A stretch of 64,000 nt of DNA from Candidatus Multivorans sp. (lineage in GTDB: Bacteria > Acidobacteriota > Thermoanaerobaculia > Multivoradales > Multivoraceae), in contig OZ245033.1 in assembly GCA_965224025.1 (NCBI GenBank), positions 1,152,001 through 1,216,000 of the forward strand, read 5' to 3'. Every line of letters begins with the position of its first letter. The first letter of the stretch is position 1. The translations under genes and the position numbers were made by a program. Positions 13,541 through 23,030 of this stretch are shown piece after piece. The notes beneath the pieces are model-generated. The model saw only the letters and a list, made by a program, of their open reading frames with translations, had not been told where the DNA came from and searched no databases.

Positions 13541-14988
13541 TGGCCACCGCCACGGACACGATCGAAGCACTCGCGCAGCGCGACTACGAGTACGGCTTCG
13601 TCACCGACGTCGAGCAGGACACCGCCCCGCCGGGACTGAGCGAGGAGATCATCGCCTTCATCTCGGCCAAGAAGAACGAGCCCCAGTGGTTGCTCGACTG
13701 GCGGTTGGAGGCCTACCGGGGCTGGCTGAAGATGGTCGAGCCGCGGTGGGCGAACGTGCGCTACGCGCCGATCGACTACCAGTCGATCTGTTACTACGCC
13801 GCGCCGAAGAGCGACGACGACCGGCCGAAGAGCCTCGACGAGATCGATCCCGAGATCCTCGCCACCTACGAGAAGCTGGGCATTCCGCTCAAGGAGCAGG
13901 AAATGCTCGCTGGCGTGGCGGTGGACGCCGTGTTCGACAGCGTCTCCGTGGCGACGACCTTCCGCGAGAAACTGGCGGAACTGGGCGTCATCTTCTGCTC
14001 CTTCTCCGAGGCGGTGCAAGACCACCCCGACCTGGTGCGCAGGTACCTGGGCACCGTCGTGCCGCGGCGGGACAACTTCTTCGCCGCCCTGAACTCGGCC
14101 GTGTTCTCGGACGGCTCCTTCGTCTATATCCCGAAGGGCGTGCGATGCCCGATGGAGCTGTCCACCTACTTCCGCATCAACGCGATGAACACCGGCCAGT
14201 TCGAGCGCACGCTGATCATTGCCGACGAGGGCAGCCACGTCAGTTACCTCGAAGGTTGCACGGCGCCCATGCGGGACGAGAACCAGTTGCACGCGGCGGT
14301 CGTCGAACTGGTGGCGCACGAGGACGCGAGGATCAAGTATTCCACGGTCCAGAACTGGTATCCGGGCGACAAGGAAGGCGTGGGCGGCATCTACAACTTC
14401 GTCACCAAACGCGGCCTGTGCGAGGGCCGGCGGAGCAAGATCTCCTGGACCCAGGTCGAGACCGGCTCGGCCGTGACCTGGAAGTACCCGAGCTGCATCC
14501 TCAAGGGCGACGACTCGGTGGGCGAGTTCTACTCGGTGGCGGTGTCCAACAACCGCCAGCAGGCCGACACCGGGACCAAGATGATCCATGTCGGCAAGCG
14601 CACCACGAGCACGATCGTCTCCAAGGGGATCTCAGCGGGCGAGGGCCAGAACACGTACCGCGGATCGGTGCGGATCCTGCGCTCGGCCGAAGATGCCAGG
14701 AACTTCTCGCAGTGCGACTCGATGCTGATCGGGGATCGCTGCGGAGCACACACGTTCCCCTACATCGACGTCGCCAATCCGAGCGCCCAGATGGAGCACG
14801 AAGCGTCGACATCGAAGATCGGCGAGGACCAGATCTTCTACTGCAATCAACGGGGCATCGAGACCGAGGATGCCGTTTCCATGATCGTCAACGGGTTCTG
14901 CAAGGAAGTGTTTCGCGAACTGCCGATGGAGTTCGCGGTGGAGGCACAGAAGCTGCTCGAGGTCAGCCTCGAGGGCAGCGTCGGCTGA
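13540..14988 (+). CDS. sufB: Fe-S cluster assembly protein SufB
   Basis: [47 protein letters not shown]. Confidence 0.98.
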   Translation: MATATDTIEALAQRDYEYGFVTDVEQDTAPPGLSEEIIAFISAKKNEPQWLLDWRLEAYRGWLKMVEPRWANVRYAPIDYQSICYYAAPKSDDDRPKSLDEIDPEILATYEKLGIPLKEQEMLAGVAVDAVFDSVSVATTFREKLAELGVIFCSFSEAVQDHPDLVRRYLGTVVPRRDNFFAALNSAVFSDGSFVYIPKGVRCPMELSTYFRINAMNTGQFERTLIIADEGSHVSYLEGCTAPMRDENQLHAAVVELVAHEDARIKYSTVQNWYPGDKEGVGGIYNFVTKRGLCEGRRSKISWTQVETGSAVTWKYPSCILKGDDSVGEFYSVAVSNNRQQADTGTKMIHVGKRTTSTIVSKGISAGEGQNTYRGSVRILRSAEDARNFSQCDSMLIGDRCGAHTFPYIDVANPSAQMEHEASTSKIGEDQIFYCNQRGIETEDAVSMIVNGFCKEVFRELPMEFAVEAQKLLEVSLEGSVG

Positions 14989-15049
14989 TCGACGCCGACG
15001 TTGCCGGAACCGGAAGCGGCCGCTTGGCGCCGCACGGAGAGTGACAGCA

Positions 15050-15805
15050 ATGCTGAGGGTGACGGACCTTCACGCGAGGGTCGAAGAACAGGAAATCCTG
15101 CGGGGAGTCAACCTGGAGGTCAAGGCAGGCGAAGTCCATGCCGTGATGGGGCCGAACGGCTCCGGCAAGAGCACGCTGGCGCTGGTGCTCGCGGGCCGGG
15201 AGGACTACGAGATCACCGCCGGCGCCCTCGAACTGGACGGCGAGGACCTGCGGGAGATGGCGCCCGAAGAGCGTGCCCATGCCGGACTCTTCCTGGCCTT
15301 CCAGTACCCGGTCGAGATCCCGGGCGTCGGCAACAGCTACTTCCTCAAGGCGGCGCTCAACGCGATCCGCAAGGCGAGGGGCGAACAGGAACTCGACGCG
15401 ATGGACTTCCTCCAACTGCTGCGCGAGCGGGCGAAGCTGGTGGACGTGGACGAGGCGCTGCTGCGGCGTCCGGTGAACGAGGGCTTTTCCGGCGGCGAGA
15501 AGAAACGGAACGAGATCCTCCAGATGGCCGTGCTAGAGCCCCGGCTCGGGGTGCTCGACGAGACGGACTCCGGGCTCGACATCGACGCTCTGAAGACCGT
15601 GGCGGCGGGCGTGAACGCGCTGCGGCGCGAGGACCGGGCGTTCGTCGTGATCACCCACTACCAGCGGCTCCTGAACTACATCATCCCGGACCACGTGCAC
15701 GTGCTGCTGGACGGGCGGATCGTGCGCTCGGGCGGCAGCGAGCTCGCGCACGAACTCGAAGCGAAAGGCTATGCCGGCTTGAACGGCGGCTCGGCGGGGG
15801 CTTGA
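15050..15805 (+). CDS. sufC: Fe-S cluster assembly ATPase SufC
   Basis: MGPNGSGKST, FLAFQYPVEIPGV, NEGFSGGEKKRNE, LDETDSGLD. Alternative GTG start at 15041. Confidence 0.98.
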   Translation: MLRVTDLHARVEEQEILRGVNLEVKAGEVHAVMGPNGSGKSTLALVLAGREDYEITAGALELDGEDLREMAPEERAHAGLFLAFQYPVEIPGVGNSYFLKAALNAIRKARGEQELDAMDFLQLLRERAKLVDVDEALLRRPVNEGFSGGEKKRNEILQMAVLEPRLGVLDETDSGLDIDALKTVAAGVNALRREDRAFVVITHYQRLLNYIIPDHVHVLLDGRIVRSGGSELAHELEAKGYAGLNGGSAGA

Positions 15806-15818
15806 ACGGGAGCCGTCC

Positions 15819-17204
15819 ATGACCGCCGCCGACACGCCCGCCGCGCCCTACCTGGACCTCTTCGCCCGCCGCGGTGAACGGTCCGGCGAGGCGGAGTCCG
15901 TCCGGACGAGACGCCGGGAGGCGATCGAGCGCTTCAAGGCGGCCGGTTTCCCGGGCCGGGGCGACGAAGAGTGGCGGCAGACGAACATCGGACCTCTGCT
16001 GCGCGCGGCAGTGAGCGAAGCCCCGTCGCGGGCGCTCGAAGGGGCGCGGGCGAAACCATTCCTCTACCCGGGATGCGACCGGCTGGTGTTCGTGAACGGC
16101 CGCTTCGCGCCGGAGTTCTCCTCGGCGCCGGAGAAGGTCGTCGCGGCCTCCCTGGCCGACCTCGATGCCGCGGACCGCGCTTCCGAGGCGGTGGCCGAGC
16201 ATCTCGGCGCAACCGTCGATGGTCGCGCTTCCTGCAGTGCGGACGCCGGCGTCCACCCGTTTGCCGCGTTGAACACAGCCCTGTTCGAGGACGGCGCGGT
16301 GATCGCAATCCCTGCCGGCGTGGTGCTGGAGAGGCCCGTGCAGGTGCTCTGGCTCAGTGCTCCCGCCGCGAACAACGGTGCGGAGGGCAGTGCCTCGCCC
16401 GAGACCGTCGAGGTCAGTTTTCCGCGCCTGCTGGTCGTCGCCGGCGAGAACAGTCAGGGGTCGATCATCGAGACCTTCGCCTCGACCGGCGCGGATGGAG
16501 GAGCCTACTTCGTCTGCCCGGCGGCGGAGTTCGTCTGCCAGTCGGGGGCCGTCCTGCACCACACGCGCCTGCAGGCCGATGCGACGGACGCCTTTCACCT
16601 CGGCTTCCAGCACGCCCGTCTCGAGCGTTCCGCGTTCTTCGACTCCTCGTCCCTGGCCTTCGGCGGCGGTCTGGTGCGGAACGATGCAGTCGCCCTGCTG
16701 GACGGCCAGGGCGCCCACTGCACCCTCGACGGCCTCTACGTCGTCGCCGGCGCCCAGTTCGTGGACAACCACATGCGGGTCGAGCACCGGCAACCGCACA
16801 CCACGAGCCATCAGCTCTACAAGGGCGTCCTGGACGACCGTGCGCGCTCAGTGTTCAACGGCCGCATCTACGTGCATCAGGCGGCGCAGAAAACGGACGC
16901 CAAGCAGACGAACCGCAACCTGCTGCTGTCCAAGTCGGCCCTAGCCAACAGCAATCCGCAGCTCGAGATCTTCGCCGACGACGTGCGCTGCACCCACGGT
17001 TCGACGATCGGCCGCCTGGACGAGGACGCGCTCTTCTACCTGCGCGCCCGCGGCATCCCTCGCGACGAGGCCCACGGCATGCTCGTCTACGCCTTCGCCC
17101 GGGAGCTGGTCGAGAAGGCGTCTTTCGAGCCGCTACGGCAGGACCTGGAGGGTCGGCTGCTCGCCAGTCTCAACGGCGGCGCGGGCAACGGCCGGGGCGG
17201 ATAG
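15819..17204 (+). CDS. sufD: Fe-S cluster assembly protein SufD
   Basis: EEWRQT, VFVNG, SVFNGRI, AQKTDAKQ, PQLEIFADDVRCTHG, FYLRARGI. Confidence 0.95.
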   Translation: MTAADTPAAPYLDLFARRGERSGEAESVRTRRREAIERFKAAGFPGRGDEEWRQTNIGPLLRAAVSEAPSRALEGARAKPFLYPGCDRLVFVNGRFAPEFSSAPEKVVAASLADLDAADRASEAVAEHLGATVDGRASCSADAGVHPFAALNTALFEDGAVIAIPAGVVLERPVQVLWLSAPAANNGAEGSASPETVEVSFPRLLVVAGENSQGSIIETFASTGADGGAYFVCPAAEFVCQSGAVLHHTRLQADATDAFHLGFQHARLERSAFFDSSSLAFGGGLVRNDAVALLDGQGAHCTLDGLYVVAGAQFVDNHMRVEHRQPHTTSHQLYKGVLDDRARSVFNGRIYVHQAAQKTDAKQTNRNLLLSKSALANSNPQLEIFADDVRCTHGSTIGRLDEDALFYLRARGIPRDEAHGMLVYAFARELVEKASFEPLRQDLEGRLLASLNGGAGNGRGG

Positions 17205-17208
17205 ACCG

Positions 17209-18492
17209 ATGACGGCGCCGGCGCCCTTGCCAGAGCGGGAGCGGCCGGCGGCGGCCGGGACCCTCGATGTCGACCGCCTGCGCGCCTCGTTCCCCATCCT
17301 CGATCAGGAAGTGCACGGCCACCCGCTGGTCTACCTCGACAACGCGGCCAGCTCCCAGCGTCCGGAGGCGGTGATCGACGCGGTGAGCGACTGCTACCGC
17401 ACCTACTACGCGAACGCTCACCGCGGCGTCCACGCGCTGTCCGAGCGGTCCACCGACGCCTACGAGGCGGCCCGCGGCAAGGTCGCTCGCTTCATCGGCG
17501 CCGCGAGCAGCGCCGAGCTGATCTTCACCCGGGGCACCACGGAGAGCCTGAACCTGGTCGCTCAAAGCTACGCCCGGCCGCGGCTCAGGCCCGGTGACGA
17601 GGTGCTGCTGACCGAGATGGAGCACCACTCGAACATCGTCCCCTGGCAGCTCGTCTGCGAGCAGACCGGCGCCCGGGTTCGGGCGACGCCGATCACGAAC
17701 GGCGGCGACGTCGACCTGGACGCGATGGCCGAGCTGATCGGCGAACGCACCAGGGTGGTCGCGCTGGCCCACGTCTCGAACGCCCTGGGCACGGTGAACG
17801 ATGTGTCGGCCGTGGGCAAGCTTGTTCGGGACCGCTCGGATGCTGCCGTCGTCGTCGACGGCGCCCAGGGCGTGCCGCACATGGAGGTCGACGTGTCCGC
17901 GCTTGGCTGCGACTTCTACGCCTTTTCCGGCCACAAGATGTACGGCCCCGGCGGAATCGGCGGGCTGTGGGGTCGTGGCGAACTCCTTGCGTCGATGCCG
18001 CCCTACCACGGCGGCGGCGCGATGATCACGCACGTGAGCTTCGAGCGCACGGAGTACACCGTGCCGCCCCACCGGTTCGAAGCCGGCACGCCGAGCATCG
18101 CGCCGGCCATCGGGCTCGGCGTCGCGGTCGACTTCCTCGAGTCGATCGGACTGGAGCGGATCGAGCAACACGAGCAGGAGCTTCTTTCCCACACTTTGGA
18201 AAGACTTGACGATCTTCCCTGGGTGTGGGTGTTGGGGCAGGCCCCCGGCGCCGTGCAGTCGCGGGCCGCCGTTGTGTCGCTGGTGATCGACGGCGCCCAC
18301 CCCCACGATGTGGCAACCATCCTCGACGAGCAGGGAATCGCCATCCGGGCGGGCCACCACTGCGCCCAGCCGCTGATGGAGCGGCTCGGCGTCCCGGCCA
18401 CCGTGCGCGCCTCGTTCGGGATGTACAACACCCACGAAGAAGTCGACCAGCTCGTCCTCGGCCTGCACGAAGTGCGGCGGATCTTCGGCTGA
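17209..18492 (+). CDS. sufS: Cysteine desulfurase, group II
   Basis: YLDNAASSQRP, FSGHKMYGP (PLP lysine), RAGHHCAQP. Confidence 0.97.
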   Translation: MTAPAPLPERERPAAAGTLDVDRLRASFPILDQEVHGHPLVYLDNAASSQRPEAVIDAVSDCYRTYYANAHRGVHALSERSTDAYEAARGKVARFIGAASSAELIFTRGTTESLNLVAQSYARPRLRPGDEVLLTEMEHHSNIVPWQLVCEQTGARVRATPITNGGDVDLDAMAELIGERTRVVALAHVSNALGTVNDVSAVGKLVRDRSDAAVVVDGAQGVPHMEVDVSALGCDFYAFSGHKMYGPGGIGGLWGRGELLASMPPYHGGGAMITHVSFERTEYTVPPHRFEAGTPSIAPAIGLGVAVDFLESIGLERIEQHEQELLSHTLERLDDLPWVWVLGQAPGAVQSRAAVVSLVIDGAHPHDVATILDEQGIAIRAGHHCAQPLMERLGVPATVRASFGMYNTHEEVDQLVLGLHEVRRIFG

Positions 18493-18516
18493 GGGACGTA
18501 GTCTCGGGCCAACGCA

Positions 18517-18969
18517 ATGTCGGACCTCCGCGATCTCTACCAGCAGGTCATCCTCGACCACTACCGCGCGCCGCGCAACTTCGGTGCGTTGGAGCCGGTG
18601 TCGAGTTGCGCCGAGGGCTACAACCCGCTGTGCGGCGACAGGGTCAAGGTCTACTTGCGGACTGACGGCGACCGCGTCGAGGGCTTGAGCTTCGAAGGCG
18701 TGGGGTGTGCGATCTCGACCGCCTCGGCGTCGTTGATGACGGAGGCGGTGCGCGGACTGGAACGCGGGCAGGCGGAGGCGCTGCTCTCAACCTTCCTGGC
18801 CCTGATGACCGGCGAGGGCGAACCGGGCGAGGGCGTCGAACTCGGCAAGCTGGAGGTTCTGAGCGGCGTCCGCGACTATCCGGTCCGGATCAAGTGCGCG
18901 ACCCTGGCGTGGCATGCTCTACACGCCGCGCTGGAAGGCGGCGACGCGGCGGCGGTATCCACCGAATGA
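18517..18969 (+). CDS. sufU: SUF system NifU-family sulfur acceptor
   Basis: LYQQVILDH, NPLCGD, GCAISTASAS, RIKCATLAWH. Confidence 0.95.
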   Translation: MSDLRDLYQQVILDHYRAPRNFGALEPVSSCAEGYNPLCGDRVKVYLRTDGDRVEGLSFEGVGCAISTASASLMTEAVRGLERGQAEALLSTFLALMTGEGEPGEGVELGKLEVLSGVRDYPVRIKCATLAWHALHAALEGGDAAAVSTE

Positions 18970-19004
18970 AGTGGCCGCGCCGGGGCAGAACGGAGGAACC
19001 TGCA

Positions 19005-19346
19005 ATGGACAAGGCGGCAGCAACCATGACGCCCTCGACGGCGGTTGATCTGGAGGCCAGGATCGTCGAGGCCCTCAAGACCGTCTACGACCCGGAAATC
19101 CCGGTCGACATCTATGAACTCGGCCTGATCTACGACGTGAGCATCGATGCGAGCGCCCATGTTCAAGTGCGGATGACCCTGACCTCGCCGCACTGTCCGG
19201 TCGCCGAGTCGCTCCCCGGCGATGTCGAACGCACGGTGCGCGGCGTCGAGGGCGTCGATGACGCCGAGGTCGAGGTGGTCTGGGACCCGACCTGGAATCC
19301 GGCCATGATGAGCGAGGCGGCCAAACTCGAATTGGGGTTCTTCTGA
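19005..19346 (+). CDS. sufT: DUF59/SufT-family Fe-S assembly protein
   Basis: ATG after GGAGGA; [36 protein letters not shown]. Confidence 0.88.
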   Translation: MDKAAATMTPSTAVDLEARIVEALKTVYDPEIPVDIYELGLIYDVSIDASAHVQVRMTLTSPHCPVAESLPGDVERTVRGVEGVDDAEVEVVWDPTWNPAMMSEAAKLELGFF

Positions 19347-19867
19347 TGAGACGACGATCCACAGTGACCGTGGTGGCTGTCGTAGGCCTGATTCTCGTGG
19401 CGTCGATGGCCGGCGCCGAGGAGAAGGACCACGGCCTGCGGGGCGCGAAGTTCCCGCAGCCGGGCGTCCTCTTCGGCGGCCAGCCGACGCAAGCGCAGCT
19501 CGAAGCGATGGCGGCGGACGGCCTGGGCTTGGTCCTAGACCTCCGTGCGAAGGGCGAAAACCGCGGCTTCGACGAGTCCGCGGCCCTGCAGAGCCTGGAC
19601 ATTGCGTACCTGAACCTGCCGGTGGACGCGGAACGGCTCACGCAGCCCGAGACCTTCGAGCGTTTCATCGACGCGATGAAGAAGCTCGATGGTCCGACCC
19701 TCGTTCACTGCGCCTCCGGCAACCGCGTCGGCGCCTTGTACTACGCCTACCTGGTCGCTGGAAAGGGCGTCGACCGGGAAGAGGCCCGCGCCCTCGCCAA
19801 GGAGAACGGTCTCCGGAGTTCGACGCTCGAGAAAGCCGTCGACCGCTACCTGGATTCGAAGCCCTGA
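19346..19867 (+). CDS. Exported DUF442/phosphatase-fold protein (possible sulfurtransferase)
   Basis: Signal peptide, GGQPT, VLDLR, Cx5R loop HCASGNR; TGATG overlap with sufT. Confidence 0.75.
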   Translation: MRRRSTVTVVAVVGLILVASMAGAEEKDHGLRGAKFPQPGVLFGGQPTQAQLEAMAADGLGLVLDLRAKGENRGFDESAALQSLDIAYLNLPVDAERLTQPETFERFIDAMKKLDGPTLVHCASGNRVGALYYAYLVAGKGVDREEARALAKENGLRSSTLEKAVDRYLDSKP

Positions 19868-19908
19868 CTCGCGTCGGTGCACGAGGTTGGCGGCGTCCCG
19901 CCCTGGAC

Positions 19909-21885
19909 GTGGCGACGGACACACTGCGCTTCCTCGCCGTCGACATGGTGGAACGGGCGAACAGCGGCCATCCGGGCGCGCCGATGGGCCAGGCGGCGAT
20001 GGCGGCCCTGCTGTGGACCCGCTATCTGCGCTTCGCGCCCCAGGATCCGCGGTGGCCGAACCGGGACCGCTTCGTGCTCTCCTGCGGCCACGCCTCGGCG
20101 CTGATCTACGGCCTCCTGCACCTGGCCGGCTACGACCTGAGCATCGAGGAGATCCGCAACTTCCGGCAGTACGGTTCGCTGACGCCGGGACACCCGGAGC
20201 ACGGCCTGACACCCGGCGTCGAGGTGACGACCGGCCCGCTTGGCCAAGGCATCTCGGCCGCCGTCGGCATGGCGATGGCCGAGCAACTGCTCGCGGCGCG
20301 CTTCAACCGTCCCGGCTACACCCTGTTCGAACATCGCACCTGGGTGCTGGCCAGCGACGGCGACCTGATGGAGGGCGTCGTCTCCGAGTCCTGCTCCATG
20401 GCCGGCCACCTCGGGCTCGGCAAGTTGAACGTGCTCTACGACGCGAACCGGATCACCATCGACGGCCCGACCGATCTGAGCTTCAGCGAGGACGTGGTCG
20501 GCCGCTACCAGGCCTACGGTTGGCACACTCTCTCGGTCGACGACGGCAACGACGTCGAGATCCTGGCCGCCGCGTTCGACGCGGCTCTGACGGAGACCGG
20601 CCGCCCGACCCTGATCAAGGTCAGCACCCACATCGGCTACGGCAGTCCGAACAAGCAGGACACGGCGGCGTCCCACGGCGCGCCCCTGGGCGCCGGCGAA
20701 GTGGTCGCAACCAAGGAGGCCCTGGGCTGGCCGCTCGAGCCCGAGTTCCTGGTGCCCGACGCCGCCCGCGAGGCCTTCGCGCCGGCGGCCGACTTCGGCC
20801 GCGACGCCGCGGCGGAGTGGCGTAGGTTGCTCGACGCCTACCGCCGCGAGCACCCGGAAGCGGCCGCCGAACTCGACCGTCGACTGACCGTGGCGCTGCC
20901 CGACGGCTGGCGCGAGGCCCTGCCCCGCTTCGACCCGGCATCCGGCCCGATCGCCACCCGCTCCGCCTCCGGCGTCACGCTCAACGCGCTGAAGGACCTG
21001 GTGCCGGAACTCGCCGGCGGCTCGGCGGACCTGACCGGCTCGAACAACACGCTGCTCGAAGGCGAAGGCGACTACGCCGCCGGCGCGCCGACGCGTCACT
21101 TCCGTTTCGGCGTGCGCGAGCACGCGATGGCCGCGGCGATGAACGGTCTGGCGCTCTCGGATCTGTTCCGCCCCTACGGCGGCACCTTCCTCTGCTTCCT
21201 CGACTACCTCAAGCCCAGTCTCCGCCTCGCGGCGCTGATGGAACTCCGGGCCATCTACGTGTTCACCCACGACTCCGTGTTCCTGGGCGAGGACGGACCG
21301 ACGCACCAGCCGATCGAGCACCTCGCGCACCTGCGCGCGGTGCCGGGCCTCGTCGTTGTCCGTCCGGCCGACGCGAACGAGACCGCCGCCGCCTGGGCGC
21401 TGGCGCTCGAGACCCCGGGCCCGTGCGCTCTGATCCTCACGCGCCAGAAGCTGCCCGTGCTCGAAGCGGCAGCGGACCGCGCGCTCGAGGGCGTCGCCCG
21501 GGGCGCCTACGTACTGGAAGAGGGCGGCGCCGAGCCCGACCTGATCCTGATCGCCACCGGCTCCGAGGTCGCGCCTGCAGTTGCTGCGGCCGCCGAACTC
21601 ACGGCCGAAGGCCACGGGGTCCGCGTCGTCAGCATGCCCTCCTGGGAAGCCTTCGCGGCTCAGCCGCAGTCTTACCGCGATGAGGTGCTGCCCCCAAACG
21701 CCCGCCGCCGACTGGCCGTCGAGGCCGCGGCGACCCTCGGCTGGGAACGGTGGACCGGCACCGACGGCGACGTGCTCGGCCTCGACCGCTTCGGCGCCTC
21801 CGCGCCGTACGGGGCTCTGGTCGAGAACCTGGGGCTGAACGCGACCGCGATCGCGGCGCGTGCGCGGCGGCTCCTCGGAGGTTGA
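19909..21885 (+). CDS. tkt: Transketolase
   Basis: [54 protein letters not shown]. Confidence 0.97.
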   Translation: MATDTLRFLAVDMVERANSGHPGAPMGQAAMAALLWTRYLRFAPQDPRWPNRDRFVLSCGHASALIYGLLHLAGYDLSIEEIRNFRQYGSLTPGHPEHGLTPGVEVTTGPLGQGISAAVGMAMAEQLLAARFNRPGYTLFEHRTWVLASDGDLMEGVVSESCSMAGHLGLGKLNVLYDANRITIDGPTDLSFSEDVVGRYQAYGWHTLSVDDGNDVEILAAAFDAALTETGRPTLIKVSTHIGYGSPNKQDTAASHGAPLGAGEVVATKEALGWPLEPEFLVPDAAREAFAPAADFGRDAAAEWRRLLDAYRREHPEAAAELDRRLTVALPDGWREALPRFDPASGPIATRSASGVTLNALKDLVPELAGGSADLTGSNNTLLEGEGDYAAGAPTRHFRFGVREHAMAAAMNGLALSDLFRPYGGTFLCFLDYLKPSLRLAALMELRAIYVFTHDSVFLGEDGPTHQPIEHLAHLRAVPGLVVVRPADANETAAAWALALETPGPCALILTRQKLPVLEAAADRALEGVARGAYVLEEGGAEPDLILIATGSEVAPAVAAAAELTAEGHGVRVVSMPSWEAFAAQPQSYRDEVLPPNARRRLAVEAAATLGWERWTGTDGDVLGLDRFGASAPYGALVENLGLNATAIAARARRLLGG

Positions 21886-21976
21886 GGATCAGCCGCTCTT
21901 CGTGGCGGTCGGCACGGCATGGCGCCATGAGCCGAGACGCGGTCGGGACGCGCGCTGAAGACTGGGTGGGTGCTGG

Positions 21977-22005
21977 TTGACGGACTATTCAGAGGTCCGT
22001 AGCAT
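21977..22005 (+). promoter_or_regulatory. Promoter with overlapping palindromic operator for the HicBA-like pair
   Basis: TTGACG, 17 nt spacer, TAGCAT; dyad ACGGAC-N9-GTCCGT at 21980-22000. Confidence 0.55.
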
Positions 22006-22071
22006 GTCCGGTTACCCTTAGGGTCGACAGCATCAAGAATGATGCTGTGGCTGAACAATGGAGCAGACTCC

Positions 22072-22575
22072 ATGAATGCACCGGAGAAGTCAGAGGATGT
22101 GGCCGCCGTCTACCCGATCGTCTTCAAGATTCAGGTGGTCGTCCAGGGAACCGACTACAGCGCCGGTGTCGAGTTCCGGGGCGGAGCCGTAGTTACGTCA
22201 GAAGAGGACGGCTACCTGGCTCACGGACTCAAGCCCGGAGGGGTTGCAGGCATCGGGACGACATTGGTCGAGGCGTACTTCGACTTGAAGGCGAACATGG
22301 AACTCGTACTCTACGAGCTTGCAGCAAAGGCCTCGAACTACAGCGAGTTCCGCAGTTCCGTATCCCACTTCTTCCGCGACACCGATGGCTGGGCGGAGGA
22401 AGCGTTCGCGGAGGCGAGGACGCAAGTCGCCGCTGGACAAGTGACCTCTGACCTTCCCGTGAGGACGAATCCTGCACTTCGTCATCGCGTCGTTCTATTC
22501 GAGGAGCTGTTGCCAGAGAACAATCCGGAGCCCCATGGCTTGGGTTTGGCGGGCCGTGCAGAAGAAGCCGCGTAG
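22072..22575 (+). CDS. Divergent HicB-like antitoxin
   Basis: EEDGYLAHGLKPGGVAGIGTTLVEAYFDLKANMELVL resembles the HicB partial RNase H motif; acidic protein. Confidence 0.5.
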   Translation: MNAPEKSEDVAAVYPIVFKIQVVVQGTDYSAGVEFRGGAVVTSEEDGYLAHGLKPGGVAGIGTTLVEAYFDLKANMELVLYELAAKASNYSEFRSSVSHFFRDTDGWAEEAFAEARTQVAAGQVTSDLPVRTNPALRHRVVLFEELLPENNPEPHGLGLAGRAEEAA

Positions 22576-22578
22576 TCC

Positions 22579-22827
22579 TTGGCGGAGATTCAGCTCAACA
22601 AGGTCTTCAAGATGCTGAACCGATGCGCCTTGGGCCACACCAAGGAACTCGGCCAGCACAGATGGATCATCGACTACCGCGGCCGCAGGTTCTATCTGCC
22701 GACAGGACAACACGGCAGGAGGCGTTCAGGACGAGGAGAGGTCCAGCGTCGTTTCGTCAAGGCCCTCTGCCGACGTTTCGACATCTTCGATTGTGCTCTT
22801 GAGGTGCTTCCTCAGCTCCGCCAGTAG
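22579..22827 (+). CDS. Divergent HicA-like toxin
   Basis: 82 aa, very basic; helix-GQH-strands-P..H-helix pattern as in HicA; 3 nt after the upstream stop. Confidence 0.5.
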   Translation: MAEIQLNKVFKMLNRCALGHTKELGQHRWIIDYRGRRFYLPTGQHGRRRSGRGEVQRRFVKALCRRFDIFDCALEVLPQLRQ

Positions 22828-22985
22828 ACCCGCGACCGCTCGATTCGTCTGATGACACGTCGTCGCCGCGTTGGGGGGCTTCGGGCCAGAGAATCGGGCG
22901 AACACCCGGGTAAAGTGGCCGCGTTTCTGCCCATGAGCAGTAGACTTCTTCCGGGATCAGACTGGACGGCCGATGCGGCGGAACC

Positions 22986-23013
22986 CCGGGAACGCGGGCA
23001 TCCTGCCCGCATC
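22986..23013. repeat. REP-like palindrome, family B
   Basis: CCGGGAACGCGGGCATCCTGCCCGCATC, near-identical to 45511-45538. Confidence 0.6.
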
Positions 23014-23030
23014 CGGCTGTTCCGGGGAAG

